Translations under genes and position numbers: made by a program
Notes under the pieces: model-generated
Databases searched by the model: none
What the model saw: only the letters and a program-made list of their open reading frames with translations
Told to the model about the DNA's origin: nothing
In this document: in pieces, positions 51,115 to 61,676 of the stretch
How positions within the stretch are numbered: the first letter of the stretch is position 1
How the letters are laid out: each line of letters starts with the position of its first letter
From: Schizosaccharomyces osmophilus
Taxonomy: Eukaryota
Direction of reading: 5' to 3'
Assembly: GCF_027921745.1 (NCBI RefSeq)
Contig: NC_079238.1
Location: 992,001-1,056,000, forward strand
Length of the DNA: 64,000 nt

Positions 51115-54100
51115 ATGGATGAATTAAAACAAGCGATTGTTCCCACTTATATTCAGTCGCTTGGTTTAGAAGGAAGTTTGGAGTTATGGGTTCCTGCTCA
51201 TGAAGATGATTCCATCAATGAAGTAGAAGCCGAAGAACAGAATTTTGACTGTGAGTCGATTCTAAAAGGAGAATTGATTGCTTTTGATAGTGGCGTATTT
51301 ACTCGAAAAACCAATTTGTTCCCTCGCTGTGTTCATTGGAATGTTTTCAAAAATCAAACCTTAGTTTTAAGTGAGGTATCTCTCAAAAAAGATTCTACCA
51401 GCATACCGTCTTTTAATATTAGGATTCACTTTCCTTCCCAATTGCTAAAAAACTGCGTAACCTTTGGATTTGATGATGAAAAAGACGAGTTGAGCCTTTT
51501 CGTAATCACGTCTACTAGAGTATTGTATTCTATTCAACTAAAGCCAGAGTGGTTTTTATCTTCCAATCCTACTGTTGATGAAGGTTGGTGCACCTGTTAT
51601 CGCCCTCCATCCTTTCTAACTAAGAGTCCATCTCATGCAACTGGTGTCGATCGTTCCTCATTGTTTGTCACATTTATCTCGGGGGGACTCGTCAAGTTAA
51701 ACAAATCACTCAACAATGACCAAATCCGAGAAGAACATTATCATGATTCTAGGTACATGGCATCTATCCGGCATTATCTTACTCTCCAGGCGTTCAAAGA
51801 TGAATATCGTCCGCCTAACAGCATCGTTTCTATGGCTTATAACCATCGCTACCATTACCTACTAACTTTGAGTATGGATCATACGCTAAAAATCTGGAAT
51901 TCTTTAAATGGTGTTTTGTTGGAAAACATATCCTTCGAACCCCTTCCTGTGCAAAATTCAAATGCACTTTCTTATTTATCTATAGATAGTTCCACGCAGT
52001 CTTATGTTTCTGTATATCATCCCAATGATACTCATGGATACTTTTCTCTTTACAAGTTTGAGCTTGATCAAGATGATGGTTCATTTCTCAATTTATCTCC
52101 AATTGTGACGAAAATTACTCCTCCGAATTTACCGGATGATGAGTATTTGCCTTGGACTTTATTAAAAACAAGTCTTATTTGTTTGGATGAAGACAATAAA
52201 CACTTCAGTTTGTTTTTAGCCTGGAAAAGTAATCTTCATGCTGTCGTGCAACGTGCTGAAATCGTTCCCAACATAGACCAAACTGCAAAGGTCTTGTGGA
52301 AGACCACGAAGAAAAATACGGTTACTAACTTTGATAAATTTTCGTTTGATATCCCGACCACTATTTCTTTCGGTGATGTGTCTGAAATATGGATTGATAA
52401 TTTATTGAAGAATAAATATATATCTCCCGAATCATTGCAGTTAGCTTTCTTGTGTTATCAAAAAGTTAATCCTTATACTTCAAAGTCAAAGATGGATTCT
52501 TTGCTTAGTGCGTCCATTAATGAACTCATGAAAGAAATTACCACAATGATTATTGGTTCTGTGCCTGTTCAGCCTGAGTTTGGCTCTTCATCATTTGATT
52601 ACCCTGCATATCGTCAAACTCTTTACAATGAATGGGAGCGGTTCGCAAAATTGACGTTGTATCTGGATAGCTTTGGCAACGAATTGTTGAATATTGAAGT
52701 AGACTCAAATTCGAAAAACACGTACGTTTGCTATGCAAGCAAGATTGGTGTCTTGCGACAGCCTGTTAATATTGAATACCTGGACGGTGATTTAATAAGT
52801 AATATGCTACAGCTCCCTGAAATGAAGGCTCCTGATTTGGTATCAGGTTACCAGCTATTAGATCTTGCTTGCAGTTTGCTGAACTGCTTACCATCTGCTA
52901 TACTTCTGGAAATACGATTTTCTCTTCAAGAACTGGTCAAAAACCCTGCCTCTTATTCAGTATTCGATACATTATGGATATTCTTTGATAAATACATTTA
53001 TCCAAATGTAAACCCGGATCACTTAAAATCCCTGGCCGAAAGCTTTGCTTCCCGCGATAATCCAATAGCTGACATAAAATCTCTCCTTGATTATTTAAAA
53101 GGCTTTCCAGAGCGTTCAGTTCGATTTAGTTATACCCCTTTCTTTTCGTTGGCGTTATCAAACACACTTATTACAGTCCTTGGGAGCTTGCAAACCTCCC
53201 TTGAAGCCTTAATCTTCCTTCTTTCAACTGCTTCCAGCCAACAGGATGTACAATTGGAACAAAAGGTAATTGGCTCCGATGAAATATTTTTAGACTTGCT
53301 TGATAAATGGAAAAAGGTAAGCTTTTTCGCAGCTACTTTCAACTTGCCTTTAGAATTCGTTGATATCGATTGTTCGGAAGTCGGTGATCGTACTTTACAA
53401 TCTAACCTTGGCATAATTTCCCACCTAAACAGTCCTTTTGAAATCCTTGCAACCTTTTTTTGCCGTGAAAATGAATTAAACAATCAATCTTCTGCCTTGG
53501 AGATTAGTATCAAGTCCTTTGTTTCTCGTTTATTAGAGAATTCGTCTAGCAGCCAGATGATTTCAGAAGCTTTTGAAAAGCTTCTATTATTAAAACAATA
53601 CAACGCTTGCTCCGCTTTGTTGAGCTGGCTCGGGTTTGATTCCATCTGCCAGTATCTCAAGGCTACAACCTATCTAGGATCTAAAGAAATTCAAAAATCC
53701 GTCTACCACTTTAAACACGCTAATCTGAACGTCAACAAATCAGAAATATCTGAGCGTCCCCTTTTAAAACAATATGTCGATACAGCTCAAAAATATTCAC
53801 TTGACTGTCATCTGTCCAGTTATTATTTGCACGTTTCGAAGCTGTTATCCACTGAGGGAGCATGTGTTGATGCTCTTGAATTTTCTTTGATGGCTGACTC
53901 ATTGAAAGGAACAGATGTAAATCTAGCTTCTGATATTAGGAGGCAGTTATTCGTCACGTCCTGCGCTTCTTCAAAGTTCGACACCGCTTACTCTACACTT
54001 CTATTAATGAAGGACAAGAAAGAAAAGAGTGATGCACTCAATAAATTTGTGAAACAGCTGGCTTTTAAAGGAAAACTGTTTCGACTTATTGATTATTCGA

Positions 54101-54537
54101 TGCCATCGCTACAGGACGAAGTTGATAGTATCCTAGAAAAAAGATCCTTCCAGATGATTGACGTCCGAAGTCAACCATGCTGGTATAACGTATTATATAG
54201 TTGGCGTTTGAAAAATCAGAATTACCGTGATGCCGCTGCAATAATTTATGAAAAACTATCACGCTTACTTTCTTTAGATGGCTTCAAAAAGGATCAAGAA
54301 ACTGAAATATTGGAAAACTATCTTATTGTTTTGAATGCTCTTAAGCTATTAGATCATGAAGAAGCGTGGATGTTGGTAACTGATGTATCCAAGTTAACAA
54401 ATGGTAACGAACAACAGTACTTTCCTCAGAAGTTAGTTACTTTGGATAACGTTTCGATGGAATATGAAGCACACCTTCAGAATATTGCTAGGGAAGTTAC
54501 AGCTCAAATCTCTTCCGCTGCTACTATAGATTTTTAG
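51115..54537 (+). CDS. nup120: Nucleoporin Nup120 (Y-complex)
   Basis: 1140 aa with propeller-plus-solenoid character; LYSWRLKNQNYRDAAAIIYE motif; synteny. Confidence 0.88.
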   Translation: MDELKQAIVPTYIQSLGLEGSLELWVPAHEDDSINEVEAEEQNFDCESILKGELIAFDSGVFTRKTNLFPRCVHWNVFKNQTLVLSEVSLKKDSTSIPSFNIRIHFPSQLLKNCVTFGFDDEKDELSLFVITSTRVLYSIQLKPEWFLSSNPTVDEGWCTCYRPPSFLTKSPSHATGVDRSSLFVTFISGGLVKLNKSLNNDQIREEHYHDSRYMASIRHYLTLQAFKDEYRPPNSIVSMAYNHRYHYLLTLSMDHTLKIWNSLNGVLLENISFEPLPVQNSNALSYLSIDSSTQSYVSVYHPNDTHGYFSLYKFELDQDDGSFLNLSPIVTKITPPNLPDDEYLPWTLLKTSLICLDEDNKHFSLFLAWKSNLHAVVQRAEIVPNIDQTAKVLWKTTKKNTVTNFDKFSFDIPTTISFGDVSEIWIDNLLKNKYISPESLQLAFLCYQKVNPYTSKSKMDSLLSASINELMKEITTMIIGSVPVQPEFGSSSFDYPAYRQTLYNEWERFAKLTLYLDSFGNELLNIEVDSNSKNTYVCYASKIGVLRQPVNIEYLDGDLISNMLQLPEMKAPDLVSGYQLLDLACSLLNCLPSAILLEIRFSLQELVKNPASYSVFDTLWIFFDKYIYPNVNPDHLKSLAESFASRDNPIADIKSLLDYLKGFPERSVRFSYTPFFSLALSNTLITVLGSLQTSLEALIFLLSTASSQQDVQLEQKVIGSDEIFLDLLDKWKKVSFFAATFNLPLEFVDIDCSEVGDRTLQSNLGIISHLNSPFEILATFFCRENELNNQSSALEISIKSFVSRLLENSSSSQMISEAFEKLLLLKQYNACSALLSWLGFDSICQYLKATTYLGSKEIQKSVYHFKHANLNVNKSEISERPLLKQYVDTAQKYSLDCHLSSYYLHVSKLLSTEGACVDALEFSLMADSLKGTDVNLASDIRRQLFVTSCASSKFDTAYSTLLLMKDKKEKSDALNKFVKQLAFKGKLFRLIDYSMPSLQDEVDSILEKRSFQMIDVRSQPCWYNVLYSWRLKNQNYRDAAAIIYEKLSRLLSLDGFKKDQETEILENYLIVLNALKLLDHEEAWMLVTDVSKLTNGNEQQYFPQKLVTLDNVSMEYEAHLQNIAREVTAQISSAATIDF

Positions 54538-55007
54538 TTTCTTGGGGGTAAAAAAGGCTAATAACTATATAATTCTATTGAGATTTTCTTTTGGTTGACT
54601 GTGTAATTCTCGTGTCAGTATACACTTTTTATGTTGAATTCGTAAAGTAGCTCTATCATGAAAAACAAATATTGCGCTGAAAGTCTGAATATGCTATGTT
54701 ATTAGTACAAGCAAACAACTAAATTAATCAACGATCGCTTTCACTAGCATAATTTGCACTTCGGATATTTGAAGCGCGCGACGAAAGAGTAATAAAATTA
54801 ATAATGTTCAAGTCAAAAAATTCAATAAAAGATTCAGATCTATGTTATCTTATTTATAGCTAGCGAAGAGCTTTAATCTCGCTTTTCGCTCATGGATTTT
54901 CCCAACCATACTCACCAACACGGGCTTAATCGTTGGAATATTGTAATTTATACCTTTAGACTGTCATTTTATTTATTTTCCGATGCTATTAAATTGAAAA
55001 ATTCGTA

Positions 55008-58000
55008 ATGAAATTCACAGCATTCAAAGGCTGCCGAACTACGAAAAAATCGACCCGGGCTCTTTTCCCTGCCTTCATAGCCAATTACAGCTATTGTATA
55101 GCTAGTAATCCTTGGTATTTTATTTTGATATTTACTCTTTTATCAATTACTGGTGTTTATTCCGCGTTAGTCGCGTATCAGCAATCCCTGTCGGATTCAT
55201 CATTGACTACTTGGTCTGCTTGGTTTGCAGAATCTACAAATGCTAGGCCGTCTGTTATTACGAAGCAACTGTACCTTCTAGGAACAAATTCATCAGTATA
55301 TTCTGAAGATTACCTTTCAAACGCTTATAGATGGGAAACCAGTTTCCATGAATATTTGGCCCACAACGATTATCCCTGTATTAGGGACGAAAAATCTTGT
55401 GTAACTATTTCTCCAATACCAAAATTTTACGAAAAGGTAAATCCAATTGCGAAATATTCCTACACACAGTGTCTTCCTGAAGAACCGCGCTTATCAAATA
55501 ACGATACAATTGCTGAAGGGAGAGATTCTCTGAGTGCTTTTGTGATTACTTATTTTTTAAAGCCTGAACAATTAGATACTTTTGATTCTGTACTGCGGAG
55601 TTTTAGTTCAGATTCACCCCAACTGTATGCTAGTACAATTGACCGGAATCCGACGACGGTTGTTGCTCAACTTCCGGATATTATACGCATCCACCGATGG
55701 TACTTATGGTTTGGATTTGGAGTATTACTATACGGATATTTATACCTGTCTTTAGTTCGTCTACAGGATGTTCGTGCCAAGTTTGGTTTAACCTCAACAA
55801 TTTTTATTCAGAGTGGAACAGCTTATCTTTCCGCTTGTTCTATCCTTTATTTCTTTGAAAGGACTGGACCTATCTGTCCTTGGCCAATAGCTTACTATAT
55901 AATAATCTTTATGGACATAGAAAATTCGTATGTTCCCTTTTGCTGTAATTTTCTATCTTGGGTACTAACTATTGACAGGTTTCGTCTTTTAAGAATGGTC
56001 ATTGCATCGCCGCCGACCAAACGCGTCCCATCACGCGTAATGGGAGGGTTTACCGCTACCTTTTTAACATCGTTGACATCCTTATTCACAAAGCTAGTGA
56101 CGCTATTCATTTTAAGTTTCTTTGTATACCCGCTTGTTCAAGAATTCTGTTTGTTTCTCGCTTGCTCTTTTGTTATAAGTTTTATGCTGCATATGAGCTT
56201 TTTTCTCGCTGTACTTAGTGTTGATATCCGCCGTCTAGAACTTCAAGATTTTCTCGATGCTCCAACGTCTGCAATTACCACAAAGTGGTGTTTTAAATAT
56301 TTAGATTTTTTTAAGTTTCTGTGGTCTCCTTGCATTATAAATAACTTGGGAGTTTTTTCGCTGTATGCATACATCATTTTTCTTCAATTAAGGTCGAGCA
56401 TGCAAATTAATGGCTTCTGGCGACTTGCTTCTCCCAACATTCGCTTTCTCATCACTCTCTATCATAGACTAGGTAGAATCACTCGTGAGCGAAAGTTATT
56501 TCCTTTAATTACCACTGGATGGTTTGCCGATTCTTCTTTCCTAAAGAGTTTAGCACAAAAAACTGATACGGATGAACTTATTTTTGCTTTGTATAGACCA
56601 ATCATTATAGATACCATTGACCGAGATGATTACACAAGCATATACAACTCGTTTTACGATAGACGAGTATGGAGATGGTCAACCTTCTTTAGCGTTCTAT
56701 TCATCATTGATTTTGCCGTTGGTGTCTTGGTAAAAGGATTACTACGGGGCTGGTCCGATCACGATGAGAACGCAAATGATGAATCATTACACCAAGAAAA
56801 GTTTTTGATTCAACCCATTCCACTTCATCATCAACTTGATATTCTAAAAATTGCGATTTCTAGCAATCATAAAATATTGGCTAGTTATGGTTTGGATAAG
56901 TGCCTTGTCGTCTGGGATTTACAGACGAGTCGTGTAAAACTGAAGTTGAATAAACAGCAAATGCCAAAAACTATCAAAACTTTTGCAATTGATCCAAATG
57001 GAAATTTAATTGCTTTGTTTTCGAAAGATATACTGTATATCTTGGATGTCAACACGCCTTGCTTGTTATTCCAATGCTTTTTCCAATGCCAAACTAAAGG
57101 CAAATTAGATGCATTTTGGCTTCCTGATAAGCACTTAAGTGAGGAAATAAAAGTATACAACTTGGTGGTGACAGAACCTTCGGGCGAGATTCAGGTTTTT
57201 CGCATTAAATTAGATGGTGGAGTTGCAGATATATTTTTGGAACATAAATTTAAGTTAGGTGTTGCCATTTTCAAATCTGTGCCGATACTTTCTCCTATAG
57301 CAAATCGCTTCATTTGCTTTACCGCTGAAAACAGGGTGATAGTCTACACCAAAAAGGGTTCTGAATGGATACCTAGTAATATGAACGAAAATAACAAAAT
57401 ATCATCTGAAAAAATCAAAGATATTTTTCCTATTTCTCCAGCCGACATACTTTTTATTGCTGATGAAAGCAAGGTTGCAATGGTCAATCTTAAGGATAAC
57501 CGCGTGATTTATAACTTTGCCATTTCGAATGTCGCCGATGGTACTCTGACCGTCGGAGTCAGTAACAGCAGATTTGTGAAAGGTCAATTTCGCATATCAT
57601 CTATATCTTTTTGTTTTGTTCACCAAACGACAAGAAATGTTGTCTATCGTCATTATGAGAATGCAGATAATGAGTCTTATATGGTATTAAATGAATGGGA
57701 CATGGGTCCGAACCAGGTAGATTTGCATGACCCCGACAATTCAATCATGGAGCATTCGTTTGAAAGCCTTGAAGAAAGCAACCATGAGATGAACGACCTT
57801 GGTTCATGGGTGATGAGCTTCGATGGAATGTATGTATATGGAATAAGGAAACAAAAAAACATAAAAAAGCCGCATGTATCTCAACCGGTGAATTTGTACG
57901 CCAATGCTTCCCTTCGTAATCGAAAACAAAAGCTAAATCATCGCCATGAGTGGACTTCTTATGTACCGCTTCTAGATTCGTATTTGCAAGAAGTAAGACA

Positions 58001-58286
58001 TAAGAGATCGCTACGAGGAAACGCAGGCTCTCAGTCATGGGAAGTATGGATGTATTCACAGGCAGAAAAACGCGAGCGGACAAGGCAACTAAAAATGTTC
58101 AACCAACTATATATAGCTGATCCAGGTCCAAGCTTGGTAATATCCCAACGCTCAGTTGCTATTACACTCGGAAATTATATTACATTCGTTGGCTATGACA
58201 GCAAGAATGCACGAGAGTTTTACTACGACAATGTTTCCTACGAGATGAACATCATTTTAGAGCAAAAAAGAAAAAGTTTGATGTGA
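55008..58286 (+). CDS. scp1: SREBP cleavage-activating protein (SCAP); about 1075 aa after removing one intron
   Basis: Sterol-sensing domain ending SVDIRRLELQDF (MELADL equivalent) and C-terminal WD40 region. Intron 55928-55978. Confidence 0.92.
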   Translation: MKFTAFKGCRTTKKSTRALFPAFIANYSYCIASNPWYFILIFTLLSITGVYSALVAYQQSLSDSSLTTWSAWFAESTNARPSVITKQLYLLGTNSSVYSEDYLSNAYRWETSFHEYLAHNDYPCIRDEKSCVTISPIPKFYEKVNPIAKYSYTQCLPEEPRLSNNDTIAEGRDSLSAFVITYFLKPEQLDTFDSVLRSFSSDSPQLYASTIDRNPTTVVAQLPDIIRIHRWYLWFGFGVLLYGYLYLSLVRLQDVRAKFGLTSTIFIQSGTAYLSACSILYFFERTGPICPWPIAYYIIIFMDIENSYVPFCCNFLSWVLTIDRFRLLRMVIASPPTKRVPSRVMGGFTATFLTSLTSLFTKLVTLFILSFFVYPLVQEFCLFLACSFVISFMLHMSFFLAVLSVDIRRLELQDFLDAPTSAITTKWCFKYLDFFKFLWSPCIINNLGVFSLYAYIIFLQLRSSMQINGFWRLASPNIRFLITLYHRLGRITRERKLFPLITTGWFADSSFLKSLAQKTDTDELIFALYRPIIIDTIDRDDYTSIYNSFYDRRVWRWSTFFSVLFIIDFAVGVLVKGLLRGWSDHDENANDESLHQEKFLIQPIPLHHQLDILKIAISSNHKILASYGLDKCLVVWDLQTSRVKLKLNKQQMPKTIKTFAIDPNGNLIALFSKDILYILDVNTPCLLFQCFFQCQTKGKLDAFWLPDKHLSEEIKVYNLVVTEPSGEIQVFRIKLDGGVADIFLEHKFKLGVAIFKSVPILSPIANRFICFTAENRVIVYTKKGSEWIPSNMNENNKISSEKIKDIFPISPADILFIADESKVAMVNLKDNRVIYNFAISNVADGTLTVGVSNSRFVKGQFRISSISFCFVHQTTRNVVYRHYENADNESYMVLNEWDMGPNQVDLHDPDNSIMEHSFESLEESNHEMNDLGSWVMSFDGMYVYGIRKQKNIKKPHVSQPVNLYANASLRNRKQKLNHRHEWTSYVPLLDSYLQEVRHKRSLRGNAGSQSWEVWMYSQAEKRERTRQLKMFNQLYIADPGPSLVISQRSVAITLGNYITFVGYDSKNAREFYYDNVSYEMNIILEQKRKSLM

Positions 58287-58994
58287 GAAGTTCGGTTTTA
58301 CTGAATATCTTGTTTTAGTCTCTCCAATAACGTTGTGTTTTTAATTTCAGCTGTATACTATGAGGTTCCTTATGATTTGTTTTTAATTGTTTTCTAGACA
58401 AGATTGACTGGTTTTTCTTTTTTCCAATTTACCTGAAAATTATTGGATTTACGGTTGCTTTTTCCATCCCAGCAAGCCGGTCTTGTATGGGCATATAGAG
58501 CATTGTATTAATTGTTGTCGTAGATAACTTGGGTTTTAAATAAATATTTCTGTTTTCTGTTTTTTATTGTTTTTAAACTATCGATCAAGTGCTGGTATCG
58601 ATATTGTAAATTCGTCTAGAGTATGCGGAAAGAGAAACTTACCATTTTTTAAACGATTAAACCTGTCTGTCCTCATAAAAAATTACTCTTGAACATGTCG
58701 CTTGTCTTGACAAACAAAAGCTTTGTCTACATTCCTTTCAGATTTAGCTTAAAGATTCAAAGACTTTTTTAACAAATATGGCTTGTCTATGGAAACAAGA
58801 TAAAATATTAAAAAGTACAATATATTAAGAAAAACTATGGTGGACCATTTCATATATGTGTGGTGGACACTTAGCTGCTGTAGCGTCGCAACCTTCACCG
58901 TACTTTTCTTGAATCTTTTTCGTATACGGTCCCTGCTCCTTTGGTATTGAAAAAAAAAAAAATAGCTCGAATTAATTAATGTTTGATTAAAGTA

Positions 58995-60229
58995 ATGTCT
59001 ATATTGTATAAAACGTCTCGGTTGCTTCATAAACAGGCTCATGGAATTCAAGTGAACACATGCCGATGGAATAGTACTGTCAAAAATGGATTCATCGATG
59101 AAATATTATCTTCTAAAAAGGCTTTAGCCAAAATAACTACTCTGAGCAATAGAATTGGGTTGCAACCAAAATTTCCGATGAATACTTTGGCGCAGGCCTT
59201 AATTGATAAAACGGCTGTGCAAAATGCATCAGTTTCCAACGAGAAGTTGTGGACAGTTGGAAAAATTTTGAGTGATATGTATGTTTTAGAGAAAATCAAG
59301 TGTTTATATCCGCGACTACCAGAGAAAGGAGTTCAAGCACTACAAGGCGGGTTGCTAGACTCACGCGCTTTAAATCGCCTGGGAAATTCTTGGGGTTTAG
59401 AAGTACAACGTTGGAATGAGGACCCTAAACAGGCTTATGGAAAAGTTTTAGCAAAAACAACCGAAGTTGAAACTACTCGAGTGGCTGGGGAGGTTTATAA
59501 ACCAGACGCCATGAAACGAGCTATTCTCGCTATTTTGGGAGCAGTACATTTGGAAGGGGTAAGATAAATAGTCTTGTTCTATTATGGTTCGTTTACTAAT
59601 TACTATCTTATAGGGGTTCAAAGAATCCAAAAAGTTTGTTGATAGTCATATATTTTCTCGTCAATTAGAACCTCGAACTATGCTGCAAATCCTCTATCCA
59701 CGCAGACAGCTGGCTCGGTTATGTAGGAGACTCAAGCTCAAAGATCCTGTTTACAGGATCGATGCTGAAACTGGCCGGAAAAGCAGAGAACCTGTCTTCG
59801 TCATCGGCGCTTATTCTGGTCCATTTTGTCTTGGTCAAGGTCAAGCAAGTAGTTTGGATTTAGCTGAACAGCAGGTATGTATATCAAACAGGCAAGAAGA
59901 TGTTGGCACCTGCCGAAACCTTTAATGCGCGACAAGCAACCCGGGTTCTTCACATCGAAATTGGTTTTTGGCGATTATTGAAACCTTTAATGAAGTACTA
60001 TGCTGCATTGATTTCGTACATTGTTCGTTTGACATGTTGTACACTGTCCCAACGCCTGTTTTGGTACTGACAACGCACTTACTAACGACTATAGGCTGCT
60101 TACAATGCCGTTCTATCTTACTACATTCATTCTCCTCCTTTTGAACAATTTCCTAGCGAAACACTACAAACATCAACCGCATCATTTTCACCCATTCCCT
60201 ATATTTCACCCGGAGAATTGGTTCTGTAA
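58995..60229 (+). CDS. mrpl3: Mitochondrial ribosomal protein mL44 (RNase III-like plus dsRBD), 3 exons
   Basis: Exons 58995-59558, 59614-59874, 60095-60229. Motifs [24 protein letters not shown] and LGQGQASS. Confidence 0.9.
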
Positions 60230-60234
60230 AAATT

Positions 60235-60261
60235 AGGTTAGGGTTTACAAAACCAGTCACT
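60235..60261 (+). promoter_or_regulatory. Homol E and Homol D ribosomal-protein promoter boxes
   Basis: AGGTTAGGGT at 60235-60244 (consensus AGGGTAGGGT) and CAGTCAC at 60254-60260 (consensus CAGTCACA), just upstream of an RP gene. Confidence 0.75.
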
Positions 60262-60321
60262 TTGTTGTGCCCAACAATAGACACCACCATGAAAGAAGGG
60301 TATACTTTACCAAACACCAAA

Positions 60322-60906
60322 ATGTCTGCCTCTGAACTTGCTACAAGTTACTCCGCTCTCATCTTGGCTGACGAGGGTATTGAGATTTCCGTAAGTATTT
60401 TTGAACGATGAGAAAAATGAAACAGAATGATATTCGATGTTAAATATTCATTTCATGGCAGTAAATACAGCTAAATAAACTCTTTTGACTGAGAATCAAT
60501 GTTTTGTTTTTTTCGAGTGATGTTTCTCTTTAAATGAGTTACCTAACATTGAATGTGATAGTCTGACAAGCTTTTGGCTTTGACCAAGGCTGCCAATGTC
60601 GAAGTTGAACCCATCTGGGCTACCATTTTCGCTAAGGCTCTTGAGGGCAAGGACTTGAAGGAACTCCTCTTGAACATTGGATCCGGTGCCGGTGCTGCCG
60701 CCCCTGCTGCTGCCGCTGCTCCTGCTGGTGAAGCTCCTGTCGAGGAGAAGAAGGAAGAGGCCAAGGCCGAAGAAGAATCAGACGAAGATGTAAGTTTACC
60801 GAAACGTATGATAGGATGATACCGAAATGTTTCTTTCTATTGTATTTAAACTTCAGTTGTACCTTTTACTAATCATTTTTAGATGGGATTCGGTTTGTTT
60901 GATTAA
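60322..60906 (+). CDS. rpp102: 60S acidic ribosomal protein P1, 3 exons
   Basis: Exons 60322-60390, 60562-60789, 60883-60906. Reads [19 protein letters not shown]...EESDEDMGFGLFD. Paralog number taken from synteny. Confidence 0.92.
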
Positions 60907-60917
60907 AAATGAATTCT

Positions 60918-61526
60918 TCAATGAGAATCTATGTATCTTTTCAGCTGTTCTTCAAATAATTGGCATTTAATAGGCATCTCCAAAGTGTAAAAAGGGTTTT
61001 TCAGAACGTAATCTGCGTAAAGCTCGTAGTATTTTTGTAAATGAGGTAGTACGTTAGTGTTTTTCTTGTCTGTAAATAACACAAATTTGACTCCGGTATG
61101 CGTTTGTAAGATGTGCATATTGAACGTTGTAGCTTCTAAGCATTGAATTCCAGAGGATCCTGGCAAAGGACTAATTTGCGTAGAAATGGCGTGAACACTG
61201 AACTGTTAGTAACTTTACTTTACTTTAGGCATAAGTATCAAGGCTTTTCCTAATATAGCCCTAAGACTTCGCCCATTTTGGACAAGGGAACCCATCACCA
61301 TGCTTGTTCGCTATGTTAATGTATTTACGGGCAGCCATATTAGGCTTCATCACAAGAAACAGGCTATACTGCTCATAGAAGATTAGGCGACCATCAAATT
61401 AACTTACCCATGAATGGTTCCAGCTAGAATCAAGTATTCATTTGGTGTTAGTGATGTCGTAGCCGGCCCATATTCACGATGAAAAATCAGAGATCCTGCA
61501 CGGTTAATGATTAAGATGGCATGCAT
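60918..61526 (-). CDS. trs23: TRAPP complex subunit Trs23
   Basis: Exons 61526-61408 and 61197-60918. Motifs [23 protein letters not shown] and [11 protein letters not shown]. Confidence 0.93.
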
Positions 61527-61676
61527 AGAAAAACTTCGTTCAATAATCAAAAAATTTAGTAGATAGAAAAAAAATAAAGAAAAGGTTGATTACTTCAGGC
61601 TAAACTCCCTTTTTTGCTCAAAAGTCCAATAATGATGTTGGTTGTAGCGATCAGATTTCTCTACGCGACTACCAGC

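Noticed and set aside
59915..59922. GAAACCTT is complementary to AAGGTTTC near the 18S rRNA 3' end, suggesting a guide RNA
   Set aside because: Only 8 nt, not positioned next to a D/D' box, and sequestered in the predicted stem.
60289..60321. In-frame upstream ATG (CCACCATG) that would add 11 aa to P1
   Set aside because: It likely lies upstream of the Homol D-directed start site, and the conserved P1 N-terminus begins at 60322.
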